Assembly: GCA_011364985.1 (NCBI GenBank)
Contig: RDOC01000002.1
Span: 96,001 to 160,000, forward strand
Length of the DNA: 64,000 nt
Direction: 5' to 3'
Source: Candidatus Thorarchaeota archaeon
GTDB taxonomy: Archaea; Asgardarchaeota; Thorarchaeia; Thorarchaeales; Thorarchaeaceae
Below, one piece after another: positions 19,929 to 29,304 of the stretch; positions within the stretch are counted from its first letter, which is position 1; each line of letters begins with the position of its first letter. The translations under genes were made by a program, and so were the position numbers. The notes beneath the pieces are model-generated. The model was given only the letters and a program-made list of their open reading frames with translations, made no database searches and had not been told where the DNA came from.

Positions 19929-21131
19929 TCAAAGTAGCTCCCTGATTATAATGTGAAGAGCTTCTATCATACGGTCTATGTCTGATTTGGTATTGTATGC
20001 ATGAATAGATATTTGCACTAGACCTTCACTTGCCATAGGTTTGATTAGAGGATGAGCACATAAAAGCCCACTTCTTACTGCTATGTTGGAATCATCAAGA
20101 AACATGGCTACCTCATGACAATTGATACCAGTATCATGTCCAATATTAAAGCCAAGTATCGTTCCATACTTTCTTCCTGATCCATAGAGTTGCACCTCTT
20201 TGAGTTCGGAGAATCGTTTCTCAAGATGACTCCAGAGACTTCTTAGATGATTAATGATATTCCGAATACCAAGATTTCGGGTGTAGGCTAAGGATTCACC
20301 AAGGCCAACAATAGCAGGAATGTTGAGTGTTCCAGCTTCGAATTTGTCAGGTTGCAATGATAATTCGTAGGATTTTGGTTCAACGTTGGCGACAGCAGAC
20401 CCTCCCAGAATCCCTGGTATATGAGATTCTCCAATCTCTGATTTAATCCATTGGATTGCTAGACCAGGAGGCCCCATTAGTCCAATATTCCCTGAGAAGA
20501 GGACAACATCAGCTCCCAAATTTTGAGGCTTGAAATCAAGGAAACCAATTGACCGTGTGGCATCAGTGAGGAGAAGAGCTTGTTTCTCATTAGTTATTTT
20601 GCTAATTTGATTAATAGGATTGGTAGTACCAGTTCCAACAGTAACATGACCTACAGCGACAATGCCAGTCTTTTCGTCGATTTTCCTTTCAAGAAAAGCC
20701 ATGTCAAGTGTGCCTTCGACATCTATTGGTATTACTTCAATCTCAAGCTTTAGAACTTCGGCAATTCGAAGAAGACTCACAAGAACGGAGTTTTCTTCAT
20801 TCTGAGAGATTATAATCTTTGACCGTTCTTTATTTTGACCATAGACTCCATATGCAAAGGATGCTACTGCAGTAGGAATAGACTTCTGAAAGGATAGTTG
20901 GTATTGATTAGTAGCAAGATGTTTGGCTAGATTTCGGCGTACATCCTCTGTTTTTGAACCACCTTGTACAGCTAGATTATGTGCCCCTCTTCGAGATGAA
21001 ACAGCAATTGTCTCAAGAAATTTTTTTGTGCCTTCTGCGGAAATTCTTGGTACGAGAGTGGTACTAATAGAATCGAAATAGGCGAGATTTGGTATTGAGT
21101 CATAGACTCCGAAGTCAGACTTGAGGTTCAT
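19929..21131 (-). CDS. SufS/cysteine desulfurase-like class V aminotransferase-fold protein with degenerate PLP site
   Basis: YFDSISTT, FEAGTLNIPAI, RSGLLCAHP; SGNIG in place of SGHKG. Confidence 0.8.
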   Translation of the reverse strand: MNLKSDFGVYDSIPNLAYFDSISTTLVPRISAEGTKKFLETIAVSSRRGAHNLAVQGGSKTEDVRRNLAKHLATNQYQLSFQKSIPTAVASFAYGVYGQNKERSKIIISQNEENSVLVSLLRIAEVLKLEIEVIPIDVEGTLDMAFLERKIDEKTGIVAVGHVTVGTGTTNPINQISKITNEKQALLLTDATRSIGFLDFKPQNLGADVVLFSGNIGLMGPPGLAIQWIKSEIGESHIPGILGGSAVANVEPKSYELSLQPDKFEAGTLNIPAIVGLGESLAYTRNLGIRNIINHLRSLWSHLEKRFSELKEVQLYGSGRKYGTILGFNIGHDTGINCHEVAMFLDDSNIAVRSGLLCAHPLIKPMASEGLVQISIHAYNTKSDIDRMIEALHIIIRELL

Positions 21132-21200
21132 TCAACCATTCTCCCTGATTCTCAATTAGGAAGCTCCTTTAATATTGACGTTGTTTGTGACTATTGCAAT

Positions 21201-22214
21201 ATGGCTATCATTGATCCAATCGAAGGTTTCTTCATCGTAACTAATGAAGGTCTGATTTTCGAGGTTAAAGGAAATGTTCAACCTAAAGACAGGATAATAG
21301 CATATCTACGGTATATTCCAGATGAGAAAGGTAATCGGATAAGCAATAATGGAATGAAATACAGGAAAGTGTATGAATTTGCAGAAAGAGAAGAATTCCT
21401 CAGACAGTATTATCCTCAATATCTTTGGAACAGCGAAATACACGGTCGTGTTATTCAGGCAGTACCTGTAGATTCTATTGCTTTTGTGCTGAATCCTGTT
21501 GATAGTATGCGACAAATGAGAAACATGAAACATCAGATGTCACAATCACAAAATGCTGCTCGGGAATTAGCTGAGATACTTGTGGAAACGGCGGATATTG
21601 ATTGGTCTAGTATTGGAATTACGGGATCTCATCTTGTCGGTCTGGAAACTAGCGCCTCTGATATTGATCTTGTAGTCTATGGGAGCTTTTCGGCCAGAAA
21701 GCTTTACTCGCGATTACATACTGGGCATACAATTCCAAGTATTATGAAGTATCGAGGGGAACAACTTGAAAAGCATCTTCGCTTTAGATGGGCAAGACTA
21801 CCGAAGTGGATGACAAAGCTAAGGAAGATTGAATCAGAGAAATGCCTTCAAGGATTGTTTTCTTCGTACGAGTTCTACATCCGAGCTGTTAAACTGCCAA
21901 ATGAGATGGATTGGTCGTTTTATGATTTATTTTTCGAGAGTAAAGGTGAGCACGTTGTTGAAGGTAGAGTGCTTTCTGATTTAGACTCGATCTTCACACC
22001 ATGTGTATATTCCATTGAATGCGTAGAATTTGCAGACCTTCAATATCTTGTAAGTTATAGAGGCCGTTTTGCAGAACATGTTAAGAAAGGTATGAAAATT
22101 CAAGCTAAGGGAATGTTAGAAATGGTGATGGACAACTCAGGGAAGAAGTATATGCAGCTTGTCCTTGGAGAAAGACCATCGGATTATCTCGTGCCTTTGT
22201 CAAAGCAAATTTGA
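21201..22214 (+). CDS. Predicted nucleotidyltransferase (COG1665-like)
   Basis: GITGSHLVG...SDIDLVVYG Pol-beta motif; IAYLRY N-terminal motif. Confidence 0.8.
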   Translation: MAIIDPIEGFFIVTNEGLIFEVKGNVQPKDRIIAYLRYIPDEKGNRISNNGMKYRKVYEFAEREEFLRQYYPQYLWNSEIHGRVIQAVPVDSIAFVLNPVDSMRQMRNMKHQMSQSQNAARELAEILVETADIDWSSIGITGSHLVGLETSASDIDLVVYGSFSARKLYSRLHTGHTIPSIMKYRGEQLEKHLRFRWARLPKWMTKLRKIESEKCLQGLFSSYEFYIRAVKLPNEMDWSFYDLFFESKGEHVVEGRVLSDLDSIFTPCVYSIECVEFADLQYLVSYRGRFAEHVKKGMKIQAKGMLEMVMDNSGKKYMQLVLGERPSDYLVPLSKQI

Positions 22215-22246
22215 TCATGGCGATTTTTGTTTTACACATACACACA

Positions 22247-22695
22247 GTTCACAGGGAATTGTTGTGAATGGCGCCTTTTTTGTGAATATATTTTAGAAAA
22301 GATTGTTCTAATTACTCTGATATGCTGAAACTCAGCCCATAGAGTTGTTTTTATGTGTGAATGGACACACCCCTTCGTTTCCAATGGAACTAAGAAAGGA
22401 GAGAAATGAATCGCTTTCTCATTATTCACAAGCATGATAATTTAGTGAATATCTTAATAAATGGATAAAAAGTCTTAAATCGTTTGAAAGAAGATTATAA
22501 TCCTCTTTTTTCGCTTATAAGGAATAAGAAGCTGTTAAAGAGAAAAAAATGGAGTAGACATCTTGCTAATGTGTATCAATACATTATCTTGCTGTTATTC
22601 TGGTATAGATGATTCACATACTCACACTTATTTGGAGAATCGAGCTAGAGTATTGTGAATGAACTGATATTAAGAAATTGCACACTTGGGTGAAT
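22247..22695. repeat. Array of TGTGAAT/ATTCACA heptamers in the ORB-containing intergenic region
   Basis: Exact copies at 22263, 22281, 22356, 22424, 22612, 22654; near copies at 22247, 22444, 22689. Confidence 0.7.
22369..22390 (-). promoter_or_regulatory. Canonical origin recognition box (ORB)
   Basis: Minus strand GTTCCATTGGAAACGAAGGGGT matches the ORB consensus (TTCCAnnnGAAAC plus G-string); AT-rich intergenic DNA follows. Confidence 0.8.
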
Positions 22696-22699
22696 ATGT

Positions 22700-23320
22700 T
22701 TGACTGGAGAAGAACGGACTAATTATGTGTATGAGTTTACGTATAATTCAGGACCTGGTCTTCGAGAGATATTCCAGTGTAAGTTTGTTAGACCTGATGA
22801 GGCTCTGACACGTTTTAGAAGAATCCTTTCGCTTACAGAAGCCCCATTCGATTTCAAAATAGTAGTTCAAGATGAATCTAATGGAGAAGAATCTAGCTTT
22901 CAGGTGAAAGGTGGAAGCATAGATGAAATGTTTGAGAAATTCAAAGTATTTTTGGAAACAAGTACTGGCTATTCCTTTGTAACAGAACCAGAAGATACTA
23001 CTGATTTGGAATTGAAAGATGTTACTTTCGATTCGATGAGTAGTTATGAGAAGATGCACATCATTATCTATGCATCATTTAAACATGGTAAATTCTCTTC
23101 CTTAGATGTTGCCGAAATATATCAGGCAACCTTTAATGAGGATCTTCCAAAGAGCACGGCCTCGACGTATTTGGCTAGAATGTGGAATGGAGGAAAAGGG
23201 CATCTTGAAAGATATGGTAATCGTTCAGGGTATATCTATCGATTAAAAACAGAGATTAGTGAAGTTAGGAAAGAAACCGAAAGAGCCGAAGAAATTCTTG
23301 CGTCTATCCAAATCAAATAG
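22700..23320 (+). CDS. Hypothetical protein with C-terminal winged-helix DNA-binding domain
   Basis: FSSLDVAEIYQATFNEDLPKSTASTYLARM...HLERYGNRSGYIYRL wHTH pattern; GGTGA SD before TTG. Confidence 0.7.
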   Translation: MTGEERTNYVYEFTYNSGPGLREIFQCKFVRPDEALTRFRRILSLTEAPFDFKIVVQDESNGEESSFQVKGGSIDEMFEKFKVFLETSTGYSFVTEPEDTTDLELKDVTFDSMSSYEKMHIIIYASFKHGKFSSLDVAEIYQATFNEDLPKSTASTYLARMWNGGKGHLERYGNRSGYIYRLKTEISEVRKETERAEEILASIQIK

Positions 23321-23353
23321 AAGCAAGAGCTTGTAGTATTTCAACGGGCTTAT

Positions 23354-24670
23354 TTAAATTCGAATTCTGTGTTCTTCAAGGAAGATGTCTGTTTTCTCAA
23401 GCTCTCTTAGAATTGGTTGATAAAGTTCAGGCGATACTGGTCGATGCACACCCGTCAAATTAATCTCACCTTCGAGAATCATCCGAGTGGCTATTGCAAC
23501 GGGTAGTGCAACGGTTCGTGACATTGAACTGTCCCCATTTGGAATGCCATAATCAATCATAGTTGATGTTATTCGTTCTGCATGATCAGAAAATTCAGCA
23601 ATGAACTCGTGATGCATCACAAGCATATCACGTTCTCCTGTACTATATTGTAGCTTTTCTTCAAATAGGAAACAAAGAGCATCAAGGTTTGTATTGATAC
23701 CAAGAGGTATAGCTTGATGCTCAAATAAACCAAGCCATTTAAGGCGAGAAATTATCGGATCGTCAACGGAGAGGTCTGTCTTTTTGGCTGTTGCTTTTCT
23801 TAGATCATGTTCCTTCGTTCCAACTAGACACCTCATTAAATCAGCATAAGTCATTTTTTCGAAACTTGTTTCTTCCAAATTAAGAAGACCGATATCTGTT
23901 ATTTTCTTCATTGTGGTACACCAGCCGAGGTTTCTGAGTGTACCCCTTAGCATTGTCTTTGTTTCTGGTATTTTGTAGATGTCAATGTAAGACATGCTAT
24001 CTCTATTTGGATAACCCTCGAATTTCCCAAGATTTGGAATTTCTATAATCTCATAATTATCGAAGAGTTCAAGACCAGGTATTTTGATCTGCTTTCCATT
24101 TCGGAGAAAGTGTGCATCATTTCGTCCTGCTAGGAGAACTCCTCTTGGACTCCAAGAGAGTTTGTAGCCGAAGGGATTGTTATTAGCCTCTGGAGCAGGA
24201 AGACCACCAGTGAAGGATGTAAAGCTTCGGATTTCTCCGTCATTCTTGTGGATTTCATCAATAATTTTCTGTGCACTCATATGGTCAATTCCTGGGTCAA
24301 CGCCGCATTCATTCAAAAGAATGATACCAGCTGCGTTTGCCTCGTCCTCCAAGCCGCGCATTTCATCGGAGATGTAGGATGTCGTACAAAAATGTGTTTT
24401 ATTCTTAATTGCAATTTTGGCTGCCTTGACATGATATGTGTATGGTAGTAACGAACATACAAGATCTGCTTTGTTAGTCAATTCATCAAGAAGTTTGTCA
24501 TCAGTTTTTATGTTGAATGCAACAGACTCAGCGTTCTTGCATCCCTCAATTAACCTGTCTGCTTTGTTTTTTGTACGACTTGCTACAATTACATGAAAAC
24601 CATGATTAGTCAAATATTGTACAAAGGGATGAGCAACAAGACCAGCTCCTAGACAGAGTACTTTCTTCAA
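23354..24670 (-). CDS. Saccharopine dehydrogenase (glutamate-forming, LYS9 / AASS-SDH-like)
   Basis: VLCLGAGLVA, NECGVDPGIDH, GGLPAPE, NPFGYKLSWSPRG, EGYPNRDS, RGTLR. Confidence 0.92.
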   Translation of the reverse strand: MKKVLCLGAGLVAHPFVQYLTNHGFHVIVASRTKNKADRLIEGCKNAESVAFNIKTDDKLLDELTNKADLVCSLLPYTYHVKAAKIAIKNKTHFCTTSYISDEMRGLEDEANAAGIILLNECGVDPGIDHMSAQKIIDEIHKNDGEIRSFTSFTGGLPAPEANNNPFGYKLSWSPRGVLLAGRNDAHFLRNGKQIKIPGLELFDNYEIIEIPNLGKFEGYPNRDSMSYIDIYKIPETKTMLRGTLRNLGWCTTMKKITDIGLLNLEETSFEKMTYADLMRCLVGTKEHDLRKATAKKTDLSVDDPIISRLKWLGLFEHQAIPLGINTNLDALCFLFEEKLQYSTGERDMLVMHHEFIAEFSDHAERITSTMIDYGIPNGDSSMSRTVALPVAIATRMILEGEINLTGVHRPVSPELYQPILRELEKTDIFLEEHRIRI

Positions 24671-25986
24671 TGTTGATTCTCCTCGTTTGAAAGGTGCCTT
24701 TGTAGGTATTCGTAGTTTTTCGTTAGTTTTCCTTGGTAGACAATGACAGCATCTTTGATTTCTTCAGGAAGTTGGAGTTCGTCAAAGGGAACTGTGAAAT
24801 CTGCCTTCGCCAGTGAAGGTATGAAATCCAAAAGGGTTTTGCTAAAGGAAGTAGATGATTCCCGTGGAAGTTCGCAAGGTAGATTGTCAATAGCTATAAC
24901 AAGTATTCCGTCACCATCTACGACAGGTTCTGTTGTATCTTTTGACACAATGTATGAGAAAGCTGGATTGTCAGGTGTTGTAGATTGAAGCGTGATTTCA
25001 ATAGCTCCGTTTATATCACAGGAAATATCGCCAATCGCTTCAAGTCTTCTATTATCATCATTCCAATGTTCTTGGATAAAATCTTTTGTAATAAGGCGAG
25101 GGTATTTTGAGGACCAGTATATGCAATTCATGAGAACTGTGAGGTACGGTATATATCTATGGAATATACCATTATATTTGGAAGCTCCAAATTCGTAATA
25201 ATCTTGTAGTTCGAATTTGGCATTCGGATCTTTTGGTTCTACAAGATGTTCTTCCTTGAAAATACATTTGTAAAGCTTGTCCTTACTCTTTGGCAGATTT
25301 GGAAGTAAGTCTGGTGGCACTTGTTCATGTGGGAGAATATCAAATATTCTTTGCGCACCTTGTGATACGTTTCCATACCCAGAGAAGCCAACTACAAAGG
25401 GAGTCATACTTTCAGGGAGACCATTTCTTTCAATTCGTTCCTTTACACTATGAAATACATCTTGGAGCTCGTTCAGATCCTTGCATTGTAACGTCGGTTT
25501 CATCCCTGTAAAGGGATTTGGTCTGATACCGCGCTTTTCCATTCTTTGACCCAAGGTTCGAAGAGTATCCGATACTCCTGCTATGCCAGCCCAATTTCCA
25601 AAGTAAATTAATCGCCGTCCCTTTGAATCTAATATACGTTCATAATCAATTAGTGTTGCACCGGTATTCAAGATTCGTTTGAGCATAGGCATGTTTTGTT
25701 TCTGTCCTTTGATTGTATGACTAAAGAAAATATAGACAATATCTTTCTCAAAGAAATCAATTGGCATTTCTTTGATGCCTAAAACAATGGGAATCCTGCT
25801 GCCTTTCAGAATTGCGGAATTTGCTCCTGCTAATTTGTATTCTTCCTCGGAAAATGTACGTTGAGCACTCGGTTCAATGATGAATTTTATGCCATGTTGG
25901 CTTGAGAGATATTTTACATGTTCAGGTACTACCGCTACTCTTGTTTCAAAGGCCTTCTCTTCCTTTCTAAGACCTATTGTATTCAT
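24667..25986 (-). CDS. Lysine-ketoglutarate reductase (AASS-LKR / LYS1-like)
   Basis: GIKEMP, FFSHTIKGQ, LIDYE, GYGNVSQGA, NCIYW, IGDISCD, IDNLPCELPRESS; start at ATG 25986. Confidence 0.9.
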   Translation of the reverse strand: MNTIGLRKEEKAFETRVAVVPEHVKYLSSQHGIKFIIEPSAQRTFSEEEYKLAGANSAILKGSRIPIVLGIKEMPIDFFEKDIVYIFFSHTIKGQKQNMPMLKRILNTGATLIDYERILDSKGRRLIYFGNWAGIAGVSDTLRTLGQRMEKRGIRPNPFTGMKPTLQCKDLNELQDVFHSVKERIERNGLPESMTPFVVGFSGYGNVSQGAQRIFDILPHEQVPPDLLPNLPKSKDKLYKCIFKEEHLVEPKDPNAKFELQDYYEFGASKYNGIFHRYIPYLTVLMNCIYWSSKYPRLITKDFIQEHWNDDNRRLEAIGDISCDINGAIEITLQSTTPDNPAFSYIVSKDTTEPVVDGDGILVIAIDNLPCELPRESSTSFSKTLLDFIPSLAKADFTVPFDELQLPEEIKDAVIVYQGKLTKNYEYLQRHLSNEENQH

Positions 25987-26116
25987 ATACTTTCCTCCAA
26001 GCTGATTTGCATTTACCAAGTTAGGACAAGGCCGTGGGATTGAATACTATGCTTTAACCTTTCCATATCAGAAATGTATTACTCAAGCTAAAATCGGAAC
26101 AGGTGTTCCAAGTAGT

Positions 26117-26407
26117 TTGCTGAGAGATATGACAAGATTCCTGTATCTATATGATTGCAAAAAGGCACGTGAATTCAATGCACGTAGAGTTTCTTTCACA
26201 AAGGAGCTTTATGGATATTTGTATAGTTGGAAAACAAAGAGTGGATTTAAGCAAAAGAAAAAAAGAGGTCTTATAGATCAATGCCTAGGTGCAGAGGTTG
26301 TAACAGATTCAGCAATTCTTGTTCCAGAGTCTTGTAAACACCTATTTGATAATCTATTTGCATCCTATTCCGATATTCTGAATGCGGAAGTGTTTCAAGT
26401 CGTGTAA
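26117..26407 (+). CDS. Small hypothetical protein, possibly Cas2/VapD-like ferredoxin fold, adjacent to oriC
   Basis: FLYLYD beta strand then helix (RRVSFTKELYGY), later DSAILVP strand. Confidence 0.55.
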   Translation: MLRDMTRFLYLYDCKKAREFNARRVSFTKELYGYLYSWKTKSGFKQKKKRGLIDQCLGAEVVTDSAILVPESCKHLFDNLFASYSDILNAEVFQVV

Positions 26408-26418
26408 AGAAAAGCATG

Positions 26419-26654
26419 GAACACGTGTTCGAACAGGGATAGTACCCCTTCGTTTCTGATAGAGAATATCAAAAGTATGACTAATATATTTAGATACCAA
26501 CAAATATAAATACTGGTTTTCTAAATTGCATTTATCTCCATTTTTATTATTAAATATATCAATGCTGTAATTCTCCATTTTCATTAATTCGACCGGAAAC
26601 CAAGGGGTATGATCGTATGGCAAAACACTATTCTGTAAATTAGAACACGTGTTC
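26419..26654. other. Putative replication origin oriC: inverted ORBs around an AT-rich unwinding element, bracketed by GAACACGTGTTC palindromes
   Basis: ORB-L 26444-26464 (minus CTCTATCAGAAACGAAGGGGT), ORB-R 26588-26608 (TTCGACCGGAAACCAAGGGGT), ~80% AT spacer 26465-26587, palindromes 26419-26430 and 26643-26654. Confidence 0.75.
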
Positions 26655-26770
26655 AAAATGTATTATTCGTATTATAATACTAAGACCTTTTCCAAAACCA
26701 CAAGGTTGATACAGACCTCTTAGGGGTGGAAAATCATTGACTACAAAGAGTTAATTGGAGGCAGCATTTC

Positions 26771-28663
26771 TTGACAAAAGCAACGGTACTTCTGGAAGAT
26801 GCACCTGGAAAAGAGATTCTTCTTCTTGCTAACGAAGCAATTGCTCGTGGAGTATTTGAAGCTGGAGTACGACTCGTTGCAGTCTACCCTGGAACTCCAA
26901 GCAGCGAAATAGGTAATAATCTGACCTTTATGGCTCCTCACATACCCAATTTCTATTTCGAATTTAGTGCAAATGAAAAAGTTGCACTTGAGGTAGCAGG
27001 TGCTGCAGCAGTTGCTGGCGTACGTGCTATGATGATTTGCAAGGGTCCAGGTTTGAATGTGGCCGCCGATCCCTTCTTTTCTCTTGCCTATGTGGGTGTG
27101 AGGGGAGGAATGGTCATCTTAGTCGCAGATGACCCTAGCATGTGGAGCTCTCAAAACGAAAATGATAGTCGATATTATGCATTGATGGGCAACATACCTA
27201 TGCTTGAACCAAGCGATCCTTCCGAGGCAAAAGCCATGCTCTTGCAAGCCTATGAACTATCGGAGATGCTTGAGCTCCCAGTGCTACTTAGAACCACAAC
27301 TCGTGTCAACCACACACGAGCACCTGTAATCTTTGGCAAAATCAAGGAGCGACCGGAAACTATACACTTTATCAAAGACCCTTTCCGTTTCGTACCACTC
27401 CCTTCTGTTGCACGCAAACGACATCCCATTCTTCTAGAAACCATAGAGCGAGCAAAGGAAATCTCAGAATCTTCCCCTCTGAACTTCACACAAGGAAGCG
27501 GAGAGCTTGGAATTATCACAAGCGGAGTTTCTTACAACTATGTCCTTGAAGCACTACTCTCAATAGATTGCAAAGCTGAGATACTCAAATTGGGTTTAAC
27601 CCACCCAGTTCCTGATAAAACAATTGCAGATTTTCTTAGACGGCATAGAAGGGTTGTTGTTGTCGAAGAGTTGGAACCTTTCTTAGAAACTCATGTTCGG
27701 CGCATTGCCCAGCTGAATAAGATCGAAGTCGAAATCATGGGGAAAGAACAGGGCTATTTTCCCCGGGTTTTTGAATATAGTCCACGCATAGTGATTGAAG
27801 GATTAACCAAGGCTATTAATTGTAATACACCTATTAACTGGCAGGAAATTGACGACCGCTTGAAGGACTTACCCACACTTCCACCCCGTCCACCTTTGTT
27901 ATGTGCTGGTTGTCCACACAGGGCAAGCTACTATGCTATTCGTACAGCGACAAGAGGAAAAGCTATCTATCCTTCTGATATTGGCTGTTATACCCTAAGC
28001 ATTGCGCCACCATTAGAAACAGCTGACATCCTCTTTGACATGGGTTCTTCTATAACAACAGCATGTGGAATTGCTAAGGTCACTAAACAGGATGTCATCG
28101 CTACTATCGGTGATAGTACATTCTTTGCTTCTGCTCTTCCTGGAATTGCCAGTGCAGTCTACAACGAACATCCAATTAGCGTCGTTGTTCTCGACAATAG
28201 AACAACAGCCATGACAGGGCATCAACCCCACCCTGGTACAGGTGTCACAGGAATGCAAAAGCAAGTTACGCCTCTTGATATTTCTCAAGTATGCAAAGGT
28301 CTTGGTGTCAAATATGTGAAAGTCGTAAATCCTTTCGATTCTATAGCTGACCTAGTTGCTGAGGTTCGTAAGATGGTAAGCTGGGTTAGAAATAACAGCT
28401 TGCCTGCGGTACTTGTTTCAAAAGAACCTTGTGCGCTTTTGACAGCAGCTGAACGTAGACGTACTGGTGATTTTGCGCCAAAATATTACGTAGATGAAAA
28501 GCTATGCAATGCCTGTAAGCGCTGTTTGAATAGATTGTCTTGTCCTGCCATGTACCAAGATCCTAAAACCGAAAAAGCAGTAATAGACGAGACTCTTTGC
28601 AATTTGTGTGGCACATGCATTGCAGTATGCCCTCAAGGTGCGATCAAACGAGAGGTGGAGTAA
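26771..28663 (+). CDS. iorA: Indolepyruvate:ferredoxin oxidoreductase alpha subunit
   Basis: YPGTPSSEI, NEKVALE, CAGCPHR, SDIGCY, IGDSTFF, C-terminal ferredoxin cysteines. Confidence 0.95.
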   Translation: MTKATVLLEDAPGKEILLLANEAIARGVFEAGVRLVAVYPGTPSSEIGNNLTFMAPHIPNFYFEFSANEKVALEVAGAAAVAGVRAMMICKGPGLNVAADPFFSLAYVGVRGGMVILVADDPSMWSSQNENDSRYYALMGNIPMLEPSDPSEAKAMLLQAYELSEMLELPVLLRTTTRVNHTRAPVIFGKIKERPETIHFIKDPFRFVPLPSVARKRHPILLETIERAKEISESSPLNFTQGSGELGIITSGVSYNYVLEALLSIDCKAEILKLGLTHPVPDKTIADFLRRHRRVVVVEELEPFLETHVRRIAQLNKIEVEIMGKEQGYFPRVFEYSPRIVIEGLTKAINCNTPINWQEIDDRLKDLPTLPPRPPLLCAGCPHRASYYAIRTATRGKAIYPSDIGCYTLSIAPPLETADILFDMGSSITTACGIAKVTKQDVIATIGDSTFFASALPGIASAVYNEHPISVVVLDNRTTAMTGHQPHPGTGVTGMQKQVTPLDISQVCKGLGVKYVKVVNPFDSIADLVAEVRKMVSWVRNNSLPAVLVSKEPCALLTAAERRRTGDFAPKYYVDEKLCNACKRCLNRLSCPAMYQDPKTEKAVIDETLCNLCGTCIAVCPQGAIKREVE

Positions 28664-29281
28664 ATGACCTGTAATATCGATAATGCAGTCAATATTGTAA
28701 TTTCGGGAGTTGGCGGCCAAGGTGTCCTTACTCTTGCTGAAATTTTGGCCAAGTCTGCATTATCACAGTCCTATAATGTGCGAGTCGGAGAAATTCATGG
28801 AATGGCTCAAAGAGGTGGTCATGTTGTTTGTACGGTCAGGATTGGAAAGAATGCATACGGACCAGTCGTTGATGCCGGTACTGCACAATTACTAATCGGT
28901 TTCGAACCTATTGAAACCCTTAGAGAAATACAGACTATAGCAAAAGATGGTCATGTCTTAATGAATTCTCATATCTTATATCCGGTTGCTGTATCTATGG
29001 GTCAAGTAGAATATCCAAAGCATGAAGAAATAGTTACCAATATTAAGAAATTCACAAATAATCTTGTTGAAATCGATGCAATGAAATTGGCCATTCAGGC
29101 TGGAAGTTCTCGTTCTCTTAATATGGTAATGTTTGGAGGGCTTATTGGAACCGGTATCATCCCAATATCGGAAGAAAGCGCTCTGAAGGAAATACGCAAT
29201 GCATTTCCAAAGAAATTCGAGATAGTCAATACCACAGCATTCCAACTTGGTTTACAAGCAGTGCAATCCGTATCCCAATGA
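28664..29281 (+). CDS. iorB: Indolepyruvate:ferredoxin oxidoreductase beta subunit
   Basis: GVGGQG, EIHGMAQRGG; directly follows iorA. Confidence 0.93.
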   Translation: MTCNIDNAVNIVISGVGGQGVLTLAEILAKSALSQSYNVRVGEIHGMAQRGGHVVCTVRIGKNAYGPVVDAGTAQLLIGFEPIETLREIQTIAKDGHVLMNSHILYPVAVSMGQVEYPKHEEIVTNIKKFTNNLVEIDAMKLAIQAGSSRSLNMVMFGGLIGTGIIPISEESALKEIRNAFPKKFEIVNTTAFQLGLQAVQSVSQ

Positions 29282-29304
29282 TTTGTATTACTAGTATCAC
29301 AACA

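Noticed and set aside
26117-26407. CRISPR-Cas locus suggested by the Cas2-like fold
   Set aside because: No repeat-spacer array or other cas genes in the window
26354-26656. 100-aa minus-strand ORF
   Set aside because: Runs across the ORB and AT-rich elements with no protein-like features
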